Assembly: GCF_006345805.1 (NCBI RefSeq)
Contig: NC_042999.1
Coordinates: forward strand, 19,406,001 to 19,470,000
Length of the DNA: 64,000 nucleotides
Direction: 5' to 3'
DNA from: Octopus sinensis
Lineage: Eukaryota
Positions within the stretch are counted from its first letter, which is position 1, and each line of letters opens with the position of its first letter. This document shows positions 1 to 11,024 of the stretch, in pieces. The notes below the pieces were generated by a model. That model was not told the origin of the DNA and searched no databases. It saw only the letters and a program-made list of their open reading frames with translations. The translations under genes and the position numbers were made by a program.

Positions 1-219
1 TTATTTTTTATTATTTATTATTTATTATTTATTATTTATTTTTTATTTTTTATTTTTTATTTTTTTATTTATCTATTCTTTCACCTAACTTACACTGACT
101 CCTTGACCACTCCCCCAAGTACGATATTTTGCGCTATGCCTACCCCCAAAAAAGTCCCCCCCACCACACTCCTTAAACCTGCCTAAATGTATAAATGCTA
201 ATACAATTCTTGTTAAATA

Positions 220-266
220 CTTCCTGAAGATTTCTCTTGAATGAAACAGTACTAGTCCTGTAGAAG
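220..266 (+). ncRNA. Type I hammerhead ribozyme motif (P1 copy 1)
   Basis: Helix I CUUC/GAAG; core CUGAAGA (224-230) ... GAAA (243-246); helix III ACAG/CUGU; predicted cleavage triplet GUA (260-262). Helix II is weak. Confidence 0.7.
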
Positions 267-349
267 CTCCTTCTATAAAATAAATTAATTTACTCTGCTA
301 TGTATTGAGTACCTTACTTACTGTGGTTAACCCCGATCAACCCGGGACC

Positions 350-383
<34 letters not shown>

Positions 384-438
384 ATAGAAGGAGCTCCTAC
401 AAGACTAGAACTGTTTCATTCAAATGAAATCATCAGGA

Positions 439-489
439 AGCTTCCTGATGATTTCATTTGAATGAAACAGTTCTAGTCCTGTAGAAGCT
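439..489 (+). ncRNA. Type I hammerhead ribozyme motif (P1 copy 2), mirrored on the minus strand by the palindrome
   Basis: Helix I AGCUUC/GAAGCU; core CUGAUGA (445-451); helix II UUC-AUUU-GAA; GAAA (464-467); helix III ACAG/CUGU; triplet GUA (481-483). Confidence 0.75.
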
Positions 490-575
490 CCTTCTATAAA
501 ATAAATTAATTTACTCTGCTATGTATTGAGTACCTTATTTACTGTGGTTAACCCCGACTCAACCCGGGACCTACA

Positions 576-583
576 TATATATA

Positions 584-619
<36 letters not shown>

Positions 620-666
620 TGTATGTATGTATGTATGTATGTATGTATGTTCTATATATATATATG

Positions 667-712
<46 letters not shown>

Positions 713-960
713 TTATCTACAAACATATTTTATGTAATTTACTACATAACTATGTGACCGGCAAAAAGCATATACAATTCAGTGTGGCTGTTAATGTAAT
801 ATATTATCAGACTGCTACATCAGATGCGTATGAGGATAATGTTTTTGTATGTATGTATGTATGTATGTATGTATGTATGTAGGAATGTATGTATGTATGT
901 ATGTATGTATGTATGTTTGTATGTATGTAGGAATGTATGTATGTATGCATGTATATACAT
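576..960. repeat. (TA)n/(TATG)n microsatellites
   Basis: Direct inspection; these explain the ORF at 526-882. Confidence 0.95.
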
Positions 961-1382
961 AGACATGGCCAGTTGTCAGAATTCAATATATTTTTAGCTT
1001 TACCGTAAAGTGAATAGTGACCATTAATGTGAATTAGCGAACAATAAAGTTGTAGCAGTTACGTTAGCCACTTTCATTAGATTATAGCTCTTTTCGCTTT
1101 GAGAAACATTGCACTCAGAGCTGAGTGTTCGTGCAACATTTTATTGCTTCCTCTGAGCTATTTAAGGAAAATCTTATACTGTCGGTTACGAGAACAAAAC
1201 GCCGTATTTGCTGCGTGGCCATGCTAACCACTACACCGAGGGCACATCGCAACATTGCCTTAGGTGATGCACAACAAGGTGGTTACTAAGCGTACCTCTT
1301 AACCCCACAACGAAAGATAACACTTTTTGTTTATCTGAATACATACACACGCATACATTCATATATATATATTTATTTATTC

Positions 1383-1415
<33 letters not shown>

Positions 1416-1426
1416 ATATATATATA

Positions 1427-1656
1427 CTCTTTTTTCTCTTTTACTCTTTTACTTGTTTCAGTCATTTCACTGCGGCCATGCTGGAGCACCGCCTTTAATC
1501 GAGCAACTCGACCCCGGGACTTATTATTTTGTAAGCTCAGTACTTATTCTATTGGTCTCTTTTGCCGAACCGCTAAGTAACGGGGACATAAACACACCAG
1601 CATCGGTTGTCAAGCAATGCTAGGGGACAAACACAGACACACAAACACACACACGC

Positions 1657-1687
<31 letters not shown>

Positions 1688-1852
1688 TACGACGGGCTTC
1701 TTTCAGTTTCCGCCTACCAAATCCACTCACAAGGCTTTGGTCGGCCCGAGGCTATAGTAGAAGACACTTGCCCAAGGTGCCACGCAGTGGGACTGAACCC
1801 GAAACCATGTGGCTGGTAGACAAGCTACTTACCTCACAGCCACTCCTGCGCT
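1427..1852 (-). mobile_element. tRNA-derived SINE family B (CORE-like segment, internal (TA)n/(GT)n, (GTAAAAGA)n tail)
   Basis: Head GCGCAGGAGTGGCTGTG...GGTTCAGTCCC; GCACCTTGGGCAAGTGTC segment resembles the MIR/CORE domain; at least 12 homologous copies in the window. Confidence 0.85.
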
Positions 1853-1859
1853 TATATAT

Positions 1860-2180
1860 AAGGAATTTTTGCGTAATGAGATGAAAATAAACCAAGGCTG
1901 TATAGATATTAGAGCATTTATAGATAGAAGGTCTTACAGCTGTTTCCAGGATATTTATTAATTATATCCCTTCATCGGAGACAGTGTGAGTGGATGGTTA
2001 AGTAATAATTAATTTAGATAGGATACAAAATAGAGAGTGAGGTGGAGGAAAGAAAATAGGTGTGAGATATGTAGGGATATTGAATTTGTAGCTCCATTTT
2101 TTAGGCATAATGGTATATATGTAAGATTCCAATACCTTATGAGAAAAATCCAATAGAATTTAAAATTGTTCATTCCAAGT
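1860..2180 (-). mobile_element. PLE-like terminal remnant P4 with hammerhead motif
   Basis: Unique segment between (TACA)n and a TA run, containing the hammerhead fold at 1931-1982. Confidence 0.5.
1931..1982 (-). ncRNA. Type I hammerhead motif with variant core CCGAUGA and palindromic helix III
   Basis: Minus strand reads GUCU-CCGAUGA-AGGGAUAU..AUAUCCUG-GAA-ACAGCUGU-A-AGAC. Helix I GUCU/AGAC; helix III is the palindrome ACAGCUGU; triplet GUA. Confidence 0.6.
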
Positions 2181-2253
2181 ATATACATATACATACATAC
2201 ATACATACATACATACATACATACATACATACATACATACATGCATACATACA

Positions 2254-2288
<35 letters not shown>

Positions 2289-2299
2289 GTGTGTGTGTG

Positions 2300-2960
2300 T
2301 GCGTGTACGTATCTTCCAGTTTTGATTATTACAAATCTTCCACCGAGGAGGGAGCCGGTTTCCAACAAAGATACAAGGCTCCATCTTTGGGTTGTAGCTA
2401 ACACAGACAAATTCACATTTGTAACTTGGGAAAAGTCTTGCATATTCTTACAGTTCCACTCACAGAACCAACCTGTAATGTACGAATCAGCCGGTCAATT
2501 TCTCTTTCCAAAAATCTCAATTTATTTAGATTCTCCTGTAAGCATTTACTAACAAAACCTAGTGCTCCAATTATTATTGGTATGAATATGAATTCATAGT
2601 CTGGATATAGAAGCTGGAGATTTCGAAGTGGTTATCTGCGGATTACCCCTTTTTCTTTGATGTCTTCCACAGAAACATGACATAGCCGACACATGCGTTT
2701 GCCCCTTGGGATTACAAGAGCGTCATTGTCTCTCTTGTTCACCCGGTACTTTGTGGCAATCTCCTTAACCTTCAAAGTGTGATGTGATGTAGTGGTCTTG
2801 TGTCCAAGAGAGGCTGCGCTTTGTGTCAATTCTTCGTTTGTCAGAAGTCAAACTGCCGATGATTAAATATCGTGCATTAACAGGCAACCGCATATGGCAG
2901 ATAACTGTGCTTTTTAAAAAAAAATACACCGTCCAACTACTTTTTCTGTGAACCATACAT
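2300..2960 (-). mobile_element. 3' fragment of an RLE-endonuclease non-LTR retrotransposon (R2/R4/NeSL group), decayed and internally deleted
   Basis: Minus-strand peptides SLSWTQDHYITSHFEG, EIATKY, CRLCHVSVEDI (start of CCHC), and PLRNLQLLYPDYEFIFIPIIIGALGFV...GTVRICKTF*. The 3' UTR abuts (TACA)n. Confidence 0.7.
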
Positions 2961-3234
2961 TTAATTTTTTTGTATCCTGCAAATGCTGAGATTCATTCAC
3001 AAAAAGATCGAGATGTCATTGTTAGCTATCAAATCAAAATACGGAACATATGGAAGCTTCTAATTTATTCACTACTTATCAATATGATCTTTGATAAAAG
3101 AAAAACTATTCTTCCTTTGACTTCGTTGCTGTTAACCATAATTCATATAATATTTAAATGCATTTGTGGTGTATTTAAAAAATTATGTTATTAAAAACAT
3201 TTATTAACATGAAACAAGATAGATATTGGCTTTA

Positions 3235-3675
3235 CATTTTGGCACAAGGCCAGTAATTTCAGGTATGGGGTTTCATCGATTACTTTAGTGATTTACTGCT
3301 TAAATGGTACTAATTTTATCGACCCCAAAAGGAAATTTGAACTCAGAACGTAAAGATTAATGAAATACCTATTTCTTTACTACCCACAAGGGGACAAACA
3401 AGGACAGACAAACGGATTAAGTTATTGCATCGACCCCCAGTGCGTAACTGGTACTTAATTTATCGACCCCGAAAGGATGAAAGACAAAATCAACCTCGGC
3501 GGAATTTGAACTCAGAACGTAACGGCAGACGAAATACGGCTACGCATTTCGCCCGGCGTGCTAACGTTTCTGCCAGCTCACCGCCCTAAGATTAAGGATT
3601 AAGTAAAGATTAATGAAATACCGTTAATCATTTTGCTCACCATGTTAACGATTCTACAAGCTCGCTGCCTTAAAC
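3235..3675 (-). mobile_element. SINE family A, nested/partial copies
   Basis: GGCGAGCTGGCAGAAACGTTAGCACG head, GTTCAAATT B-box and CCTTTCATCCTTTCGGGGTCGATAAA body, shared with at least 14 copies. Confidence 0.8.
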
Positions 3676-4044
3676 AAGATAAATATTACGTTTTCAAACT
3701 TGTAAATGATTAATAGACCAATAGCGAAAGAATTCAGATTTTTATTTTATTTAACCAAGCCGTTCCCTACACATGAAAAATTACACTGATATGGTGGAAA
3801 ATTTCAAAGTAAACCATTAATTTTAGTCGCCGAGTTTCACGAATAAAATGATACCTCAGTAAAACGTACCCTATGTGATTTGTCTTTTACTTCACTTGTA
3901 AATACGAACGTGAGGTTAGGTACCCGTATGGTTAAGAAATGTTCTTGGTGAAGGACACACTAGATACTATGGCTTAGATATACTATGACTGGAAATTAAA
4001 TGGATGTTTAATGTGATTTTAAAAAAGCCATAAATGTCGCCCTT

Positions 4045-4555
4045 CTCAAGCCTAGCCAGGCTCATGGGCCACGTTTCCCGGTTTCTATGGCGTATGTGTT
4101 CCCCCCTCCAGCTGGACAGGACGCCAGTCCATCGCAGCATTACTCAAGAAACAGGAAGAGAGAGAAAGTTGTGGCGAAAGTGTACACAGGGGTCGCCATC
4201 ACCCCCTGTCGGAGCCTCGTGGAGCTTTTAGGTGTTTTCGCTCAATAAATACATACAACGCCCGGTCTGGGAATCGAAACCTATTTCTTTACTACCCACA
4301 AGGGGCTAAACAGAGAGAGGACAAACAAGGACAAACAAACGGATTAAGTCGATTATATCGACCCCAGTGCGTAACTGGTACTTATTTAATCGAACCCGAA
4401 AGGATGAATGACAAAGTCGACCTCGGTGGAATTTGAACTCAGAACGTAGCGGCAGACGAAATACCACAAAGCATTTCACCCGGCGTGCTAACGTTTCTGC
4501 CGGCTCGCCTGGGAATCGAAACCGCTCCCCTAAACACTGGGCCATTGCGCCTCCA
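4045..4555 (-). mobile_element. SINE family C interrupted by a family A copy
   Basis: Homologous to 43655-43935 and 61241-61540 (GATGGACTGGCGTCCTGTCCAG body, tRNA-like head). Confidence 0.75.
4280..4509 (-). mobile_element. SINE family A, full length, with a ~14 bp target-site duplication
   Basis: CTGGGAATCGAAAC is duplicated at 4267-4280 and 4509-4522. Confidence 0.9.
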
Positions 4556-5819
4556 ATGTGAATTAAACTAGGACTAAACTACTGTCGCGACAGTGATGAC
4601 AACACACTACAAATCATGTAACAAGGAAACGTCAGATCTACCTTAAACCGGTCTCTAGTGTCTTAAAAGGACACATTGGTTTACTCTTGCTACCATATTT
4701 CTGTTGAAATGCACTGAATCCCTACGTTTAGATTATATCACTCAGATAATTTCAAAAAAAAGAAAACAAGGAAATAGTGCAATACATAATTCCCACTGAC
4801 TAGAAATTTTAAAAACTTCGTAATGGGTATGCAACAAAGAGAAATTAAAAGGGTATTTTATGCACCTTTTCCCTTATTCCTTACTTTCAATTTCAAACTT
4901 CTAACCCCATCAAATATTATGACGGAATGATTATCGCCCTTGTATGAACTATCCGCCAAGGGACACCACGTGTTTAATAGCATAAGGTGCCATTATTAAG
5001 CAGGAATTTGGGGCATGTATTAACATGAAATTTTTGATGGGAGGTTTTATTTTAGGACACTTTATGACAGGAATTTTGTATCATTAAGCTAGAGGCTGTC
5101 TCAAGTGAATTGATATCAAAGGCTTTATTAAACTCTGAAAAAAAAAGTTCCTTTTTAACCAACATCAATGCTTGAACAAATTTTGTTAATAGATCTTCTC
5201 GATGAAACCTGACCCGGAGCAATACAACAACCAGAAAAAAAGAAACAATTATTTTAGATGCTGTACACCAAGCAAATACTACAGACCAATAGCAGTGACG
5301 ATTCTAAGTACACTAAGTACCCTTCTGTTCACATACTGTGTATCTTGAACCTTCCCCTCTCTCTCTCTATTTTTTGATCGATAATTTTAAGTATTTTTCA
5401 AATAACTTATTTGTATTGTCTAATTTATCATGGTAATTCATTTTCTTACACTGGAGGCTTAGGATAGGAAAGGAAGCAAGCAATCACCCCCAGAGTGTTT
5501 TAAGTTCTAAATATGACAGGAAAATATCATCATGCCATAAAACAATTAATTCGAGAGCTCTTCTGTTTCAGAAGCTCCCTTGTTCTTCTAAGGTGGTCCC
5601 ATTGCCATAAATTAGAAGTCAATTCTAAATTACGAGCGTTTTAAAAAATTATTCTTTTCAATTTACTCCTGAGTGAGAGGAGAAACAACATCGATATAAA
5701 TAAAGAAAATTTAGAATCTAGGAGAAAATAGGCTTAATTAATTAAAATATACTTAACAAGCGATATAAAAGTTTTATATAATAAGAGATATATAAAGTAA
5801 TTCACTTCTTCATAATTTT

Positions 5820-6535
5820 TTCTACTTGAGACACAAGGCCCTAAACTTTGAGGGAGGGGGCCAGTCGACTGATACTTAATTTATCAATTTCTTTACTACC
5901 CACAAGGGGCTAAATACAGAGGGGACAAACAAGGACAGACAAACGGATTAAGTCGATTACATCGACCCCAGTGCGTAACTGGTACTTAATTTATCGACCC
6001 CGAAAGGATGAAAGGCAAAGTCGACCTCGGCAGAATTTGAACTCTGAACGTACCTATTTCTTTACTACCCACAAGGGGCTGAACATAGAGGGGACAAACA
6101 AGGACAGACATAGGTATTAAGTCGATTACATCGACCCAGTGCGTAACTGGTAATTATTTAATCGACCCCGAAAGGATGAAAGGCAAAGTCGACCCCGGCA
6201 GAATTTGAACTCTGAACGTAGCGGCAGACGAAATACCTATTTCTTTACTACCCACAAGCGACTAAACACAGAGGGAGCAAACAAGGTCAGACACACGGAT
6301 TAAGTCGATTACATCGACCCCAGTGCGTAACTGGTACTTAATTTATCGACCCCGAAAGGATGAAAGGCAAAGTTGGCCTCGGCGGAATTTGAACTCAGAA
6401 CGTAAAGCCAGACGAAAAACCGCTCAGCATTCCATCCGGCGTACTAACGTTTCTGTCAGCTCGCCGCCTTATCTGATACCTAATTTATCGAAAGGATGAA
6501 CGCAAAGTCGACCTCAGCGGAATTTGAACTCAGAA
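5820..6535 (-). mobile_element. Head-to-tail multimer of SINE family A (about 3.5 units)
   Basis: Units at about 5887-6051, 6052-6235 and 6236-6470; only the last retains the full head. Confidence 0.85.
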
Positions 6536-6818
6536 ATTCACTTCCTCATAATGAAAAATATATGAAGTTTTCAGTGTAATTATAATTTTTTTTTTTTTTC
6601 AGAATACTGGCGAGCATCACCATTGCTTTTCTGGCGTTGATCTGTCCACTTATTTTTAATTAATGTATGTCCACCTCATGTTGCACTAACTGTCGCCGAT
6701 TGTAGGGTGGCGCAAATAATACCTTGTCGTTAACATAATTTAATTTTAACATCTGGATACATTTCAAACACTTGTGTCAGTGCCCAGTTCATTGAGAACT
6801 TGAAAAAGCTAGGAAAAA

Positions 6819-7955
6819 CAGGGTGTTTCAAAAAATTTGATATCATTTGAGATGTAAATATCACAGAAACTACATAGTCAAACCAAATGAAACTAAATAG
6901 GATTAATGTTGGGCAACATAAGATTTATTCCTCCAAATTTGAATGAGAAATTCAAAGGTATGTGGATTCCATGAACGATTTTACAAATGTTCGATATGAG
7001 CACCGCCTGAAACATGGCACACGTCAAGTCGGTAGTCCAGCTCCTCCCAAACACGCTGCAGCATGTCTCCAGTGCGGTAGTGATTCTCTGCTCGAGTTCA
7101 TCTAGGTTTGCAGGAAGAGGTGGGGGGAACATAGACCAGGCCCTTCACATAACCTCATAGAAAAAAATCGCGTGGTGTCATGTCAGGTGAACATGGCAGC
7201 TATTTCAAAATCACATTATCTTCATCGCCAGCAGGCCCGATCCATCTCCCTCGCAGAATGTCATTGAGATAAGTTCACACAGTGAGCTTCCAGTGGAGTG
7301 GAGTCCCGTCCTGTTCAAAAATGAAGTCTTCGTGTTCATTTGCGATGAGCTCATCCATTAACCAGTTCTGAAGCAATTGCAGATAAACATCGCTGGTCAC
7401 ATTTCCCTCGAAGAAAAACGGGCCATGAAGAAGCTTCTTGGGGATGGCGCAGAGCACATTCACTTTTGGTGAGTCCCTCTCATGCTCAACTGTGACATGG
7501 GGATTTTCTTCGCCCAAAATGCGAACATTATGTTTATCGACTTTGTCATTCGTATGAAATGTGGCCTCATCACTGAAAACAAGACGTTCCTTGATCTCGG
7601 CTTCTTCAAGTTTCTCTTGGATATCAACACAGAATTGTTTGCGCTTTCGCTTACCATCTGCTTTAAAGGCCTAAACAAGTTGCAGCTTGTAGGGTTTCAT
7701 TAGCAAACGTTTCCTCAGGACACACCAAACTGTTGTTGGAGGAATCTGAGTTTCCAGACTTCTTCTTATGGACTTCTTGGGGCTTTGCAAGAGTTTTTGG
7801 CAAACCCACTCTTCTGATGTTAGTGGTCGTCCAGATCCTTTTGCCCTACACAGAAAGCATTTAAAACAAAAAAATGTCTGCCCTGTCCAAATCTGCATTG
7901 CCTTTGATGACTTTTGAATGAACACTCTCACAAATGCACGCTGCACAGTCTTGTC
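6819..7955 (-). mobile_element. Decayed Tc1/mariner element of the DD41D (rosa/Visitor)-like group
   Basis: One TIR CAGGGTGTTTC at 6819. Transposase motifs VFSDEATFH, FEQDGTPLHW, RWIG and SPDMTPRDFFL*GYVK..VYVPP.LPANLDELEQRI, with stops and frameshifts. The other end is lost to a SINE. Confidence 0.85.
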
Positions 7956-7965
7956 AAACTGGTAT

Positions 7966-8422
7966 GTTACAGAGATGTAGACACATCACCACCGGTTATC
8001 AATCGGTGGCGGGGACAAACACAGACATACACACATGCACATATACATATGTATGTATGTGTGTGTGTATGTATATATATATATGAAAGCAATAATAAAT
8101 CTCTGAGCGAGATATAAACAGTAGCGGCGCGACATCGTGATGTATATTTGCCACCTAAAAGTGACTGACCCATTAGGGACGATGCTCTTGTAGCTTATAC
8201 CCCCAGAAAGACATCTCCTCCAGCTGGCTATTGACACAGTGTCTCATCGTCCCTAATGGTTCAGCCACTTTTAGGTGGCAAATATACATCACAATATATA
8301 TACTATTTACCACTTATTGTACTTTATTGATTTACTATAAGGTTTTTTTTTATAGTATATGTTTTCTATATGGTGTGAATAACATCTTTCTTTATTGAAT
8401 TATTTAATAGTGGTTTTTCTCT

Positions 8423-8479
<57 letters not shown>

Positions 8480-8885
8480 ATAAGATCGTTAATTTAAAAA
8501 TAAAATAACGATTTTATCAAGTGGTCAGCATGGAAAAAATAACCTTCAAAGGTAATAATTATTAAAGTTATCCAGTAATTATTTACTAGTTTCATCTTGT
8601 CGCTTTGTTTTCTCTCCGTGTTGATATATAGACAATTTAGGTGGTATTAAAGTCAGATCATGGCTGCTATTTTCAGCACGGTGGTATCTTGTAGATACCC
8701 TAGTTTATAATTATATATATATATTCATTTATATAAAGAGAGAGAAAGATACGGCGAGCTTTCAATTTCCGTCTGCCAAATTCATTCACAAGGTTTGGTC
8801 GGCCCAGGGCTATAGTAGGAGATACTTACTCAAAATCCTACGTTATGGAACTGAAACCACCAGCAAACCTCTTACCACACCACCA
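7966..8885 (-). mobile_element. SINE family B split at its internal (TA)n by inserted sequence (8086-8745)
   Basis: The 3' half lies at 7966-8085 and the degenerate head at 8745-8885, in the same orientation. Confidence 0.6.
8095..8292. repeat. Fold-back element P3a (48 bp arms 8137-8184/8245-8292)
   Basis: Inverted arms with 2 mismatches; homologous to the 10.2 kb and 18.9 kb elements. Confidence 0.8.
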
Positions 8886-9112
8886 CAAAAATTCTCAAAC
8901 GGGACCAAATTTGTTTATAACGATTTGGAGAACTTTGAAATTTCAAATTCCGCCCTATACCAGAAGTATTTGCACCACCTCCGGTAAAGAGTTCTGCAGG
9001 AAAGTCAGACTCCATTGCCTACTTAATCCATTTGATGAACTTGTATTTTATATGCATAACTTGATGCGACTGAATTATAGCCAGTAGAATATCTAATGGT
9101 ATTAGGTATTGA

Positions 9113-9345
9113 AAAGGCGGCGAGCTGGCAGAAACGTTAGCACGCCGGGTGAAATGCTTTGCGGTATTTCGTCTGCAGTTACGTTCTAAGTTCAAATTCT
9201 GCCGAGGTCGACTTTGCCTTTCGGAGTCGATAAATTAAGTACCAGTTACGCACTGAGGATCGATGTAATCGACTTAATCCGTTTGTCTGTCCTTGTTTGT
9301 CCTCTCTCTGTTTAGCCCCTTGTGGGTAGTAAAGAAATAGGTATT
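9113..9345 (+). mobile_element. SINE family A, full length
   Basis: Head, body and GTGGGTAGTAAAGAAATAGG tail; flanked by the repeat GGTATTAGGTATTGAA. Confidence 0.9.
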
Positions 9346-10131
9346 AGGTATTGAATAAACTACTGCATTTGAAGGTAACTCTCAGCTTGATAGAAAACAT
9401 ATTTATTTGTAATAAGATTGGTTTCCCTTAGAATGACCCATCCATTGATTTTCCCTCCATTTTTGCCACCTACAATAGTTATGAAGCTCGTTGAAACTAG
9501 AGATCTCAAGCATTCCCTCCGTGGGATCCTGTCAGAAGCAAACATCATTCAACTTTCTTTCTTGATTCCTAAGCTTGACTGAGACTACGGATATTAACCA
9601 ATCATCTTGTTCTTCGTTTATAATAGATCTCCTGCCGATTGGGATTGGCCCAGTTTGAAGAATATGTCTTGCGGGTTTTTTTCTTGCAGCATTCTAAACA
9701 CAAGTCCGTAGTACGAGAGCTGTGACCTCCCAATGTGGAAAAGAAGCGTCTTGATGAAAATACTCTCTGATCTGTGAGCAACGCACCCTGTTGAGTAACG
9801 TCACGCTAGAGACCTTCCGGGGGAATCCCATTTCGGCTGCTTTTATTCACGATCGTAGAACGATGAGATATCAAAAATATTTCACTGAAAATAATACCTA
9901 ACTGTATTAAGTTTTATCTTGTTGCGCCCTGTGTTCGAATCCTGACAGGCTAGAGATAACTTCAAGTTTTATATCCTTCAGAGCTTAATAAAATAAGATC
10001 CAGTCACGTATGATTCCTAATTCTGTTGACCAAAATGCTCATCAAAAAATATTTAGCCTGACACCATTATAAGAAATACTTGTTATCTGAATCCTTCTAA
10101 GTTCAAATCCAGTTGTAGTTAGAAATAATAC

Positions 10132-10476
10132 ATTTCTAAATCTCTCAGGGAGATTTATACACTAGTAACACGATAAAGTGGTGGTATGTTGTCAACTTAA
10201 TGTGACAGTCCCATGAAAAGGAAGAATACTACTGCTATTTAGCCCTAGGAAGCACGGCTTCCTGTCGGCCTTGACACATTTCCTGTGTCCTTGTGTTTAC
10301 AAAGGGGTAGATAAGCAATGACTCAGAAACTAGTCTTTGAATGCTGGCTTTGCTGGGCAGAGGTGTTTATCTCCCCCTTTGTAAACATAAGGACACAGGA
10401 AATGTGTCAAGGCCGACAGGAAGCGGTGCTTCCCAGGGATAAATAACAGTAGTATTCTTCCCTTTCATGGGACTGT
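10132..10476. repeat. Fold-back element P3b (110 bp arms 10205-10314/10367-10476)
   Basis: Inverted arms at roughly 90% identity around a 52 bp spacer. Confidence 0.85.
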
Positions 10477-10638
10477 TTCAGTTTTAAATTTCATCTCTCA
10501 TGGAGGGTGATCAGATTATTGCTGTCACTAGTTTCTTTCTACCTCTGCATCACATTCGCTATAGTAATAACAATACTATAGTAATAATAACTAGTAATAA
10601 CAGCCAAATCTGTTTTAAAAAACCTTAAGAAAAGAAAG

Positions 10639-11024
10639 AAAAATGTGGACAACGTAGTTATAGAAATGCTACGTCTAAAAATATGGTGTGATAGTCATAT
10701 CTGGATCACCTTCAGTTATAGGTTATTCTTCAGCTATAGAAAAATGTGGGAAAATAGTTACAGAAATGCTACATCTAAAAATAAGGTGCGATGGTCATAT
10801 CTGGATCACCTTCAGTTATAGGTTATTCTTCAGCTATAGAAAAATGTGGAAAAATAGTTACAGAAATGCTACATCTAAAAATAAGGTGCGATGGTCATAT
10901 CTGGATCACCTTCAACTATAGGTGATCTTTCAGCTATAGAAAAATGTGGAAAAATAGTTACAGAAATGCTACATCTAAAAATAAGGTGCGATGGTCATAT
11001 CTGGACCACCTTCGGCTATAGGTT
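10639..11024. repeat. Minisatellite, 100 bp period, about 3.9 copies
   Basis: CTGGATCACC (CTGGACCACC in the last unit) recurs at 10701, 10801, 10901 and 11001. Confidence 0.95.

Larger units (their letters stand above)
61..575 (+). mobile_element. Penelope-like (PLE) terminal/pLTR remnant P1: two direct copies separated by (TA)n and an inverted segment
   Basis: About 224-345 is repeated at about 445-575, and each copy ends in (TA)n. 381-440 is the inverted copy of 441-500. Both direct copies contain a hammerhead fold. No RT or GIY-YIG ORF is visible, so the PLE call is inferred from architecture. Confidence 0.65.
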
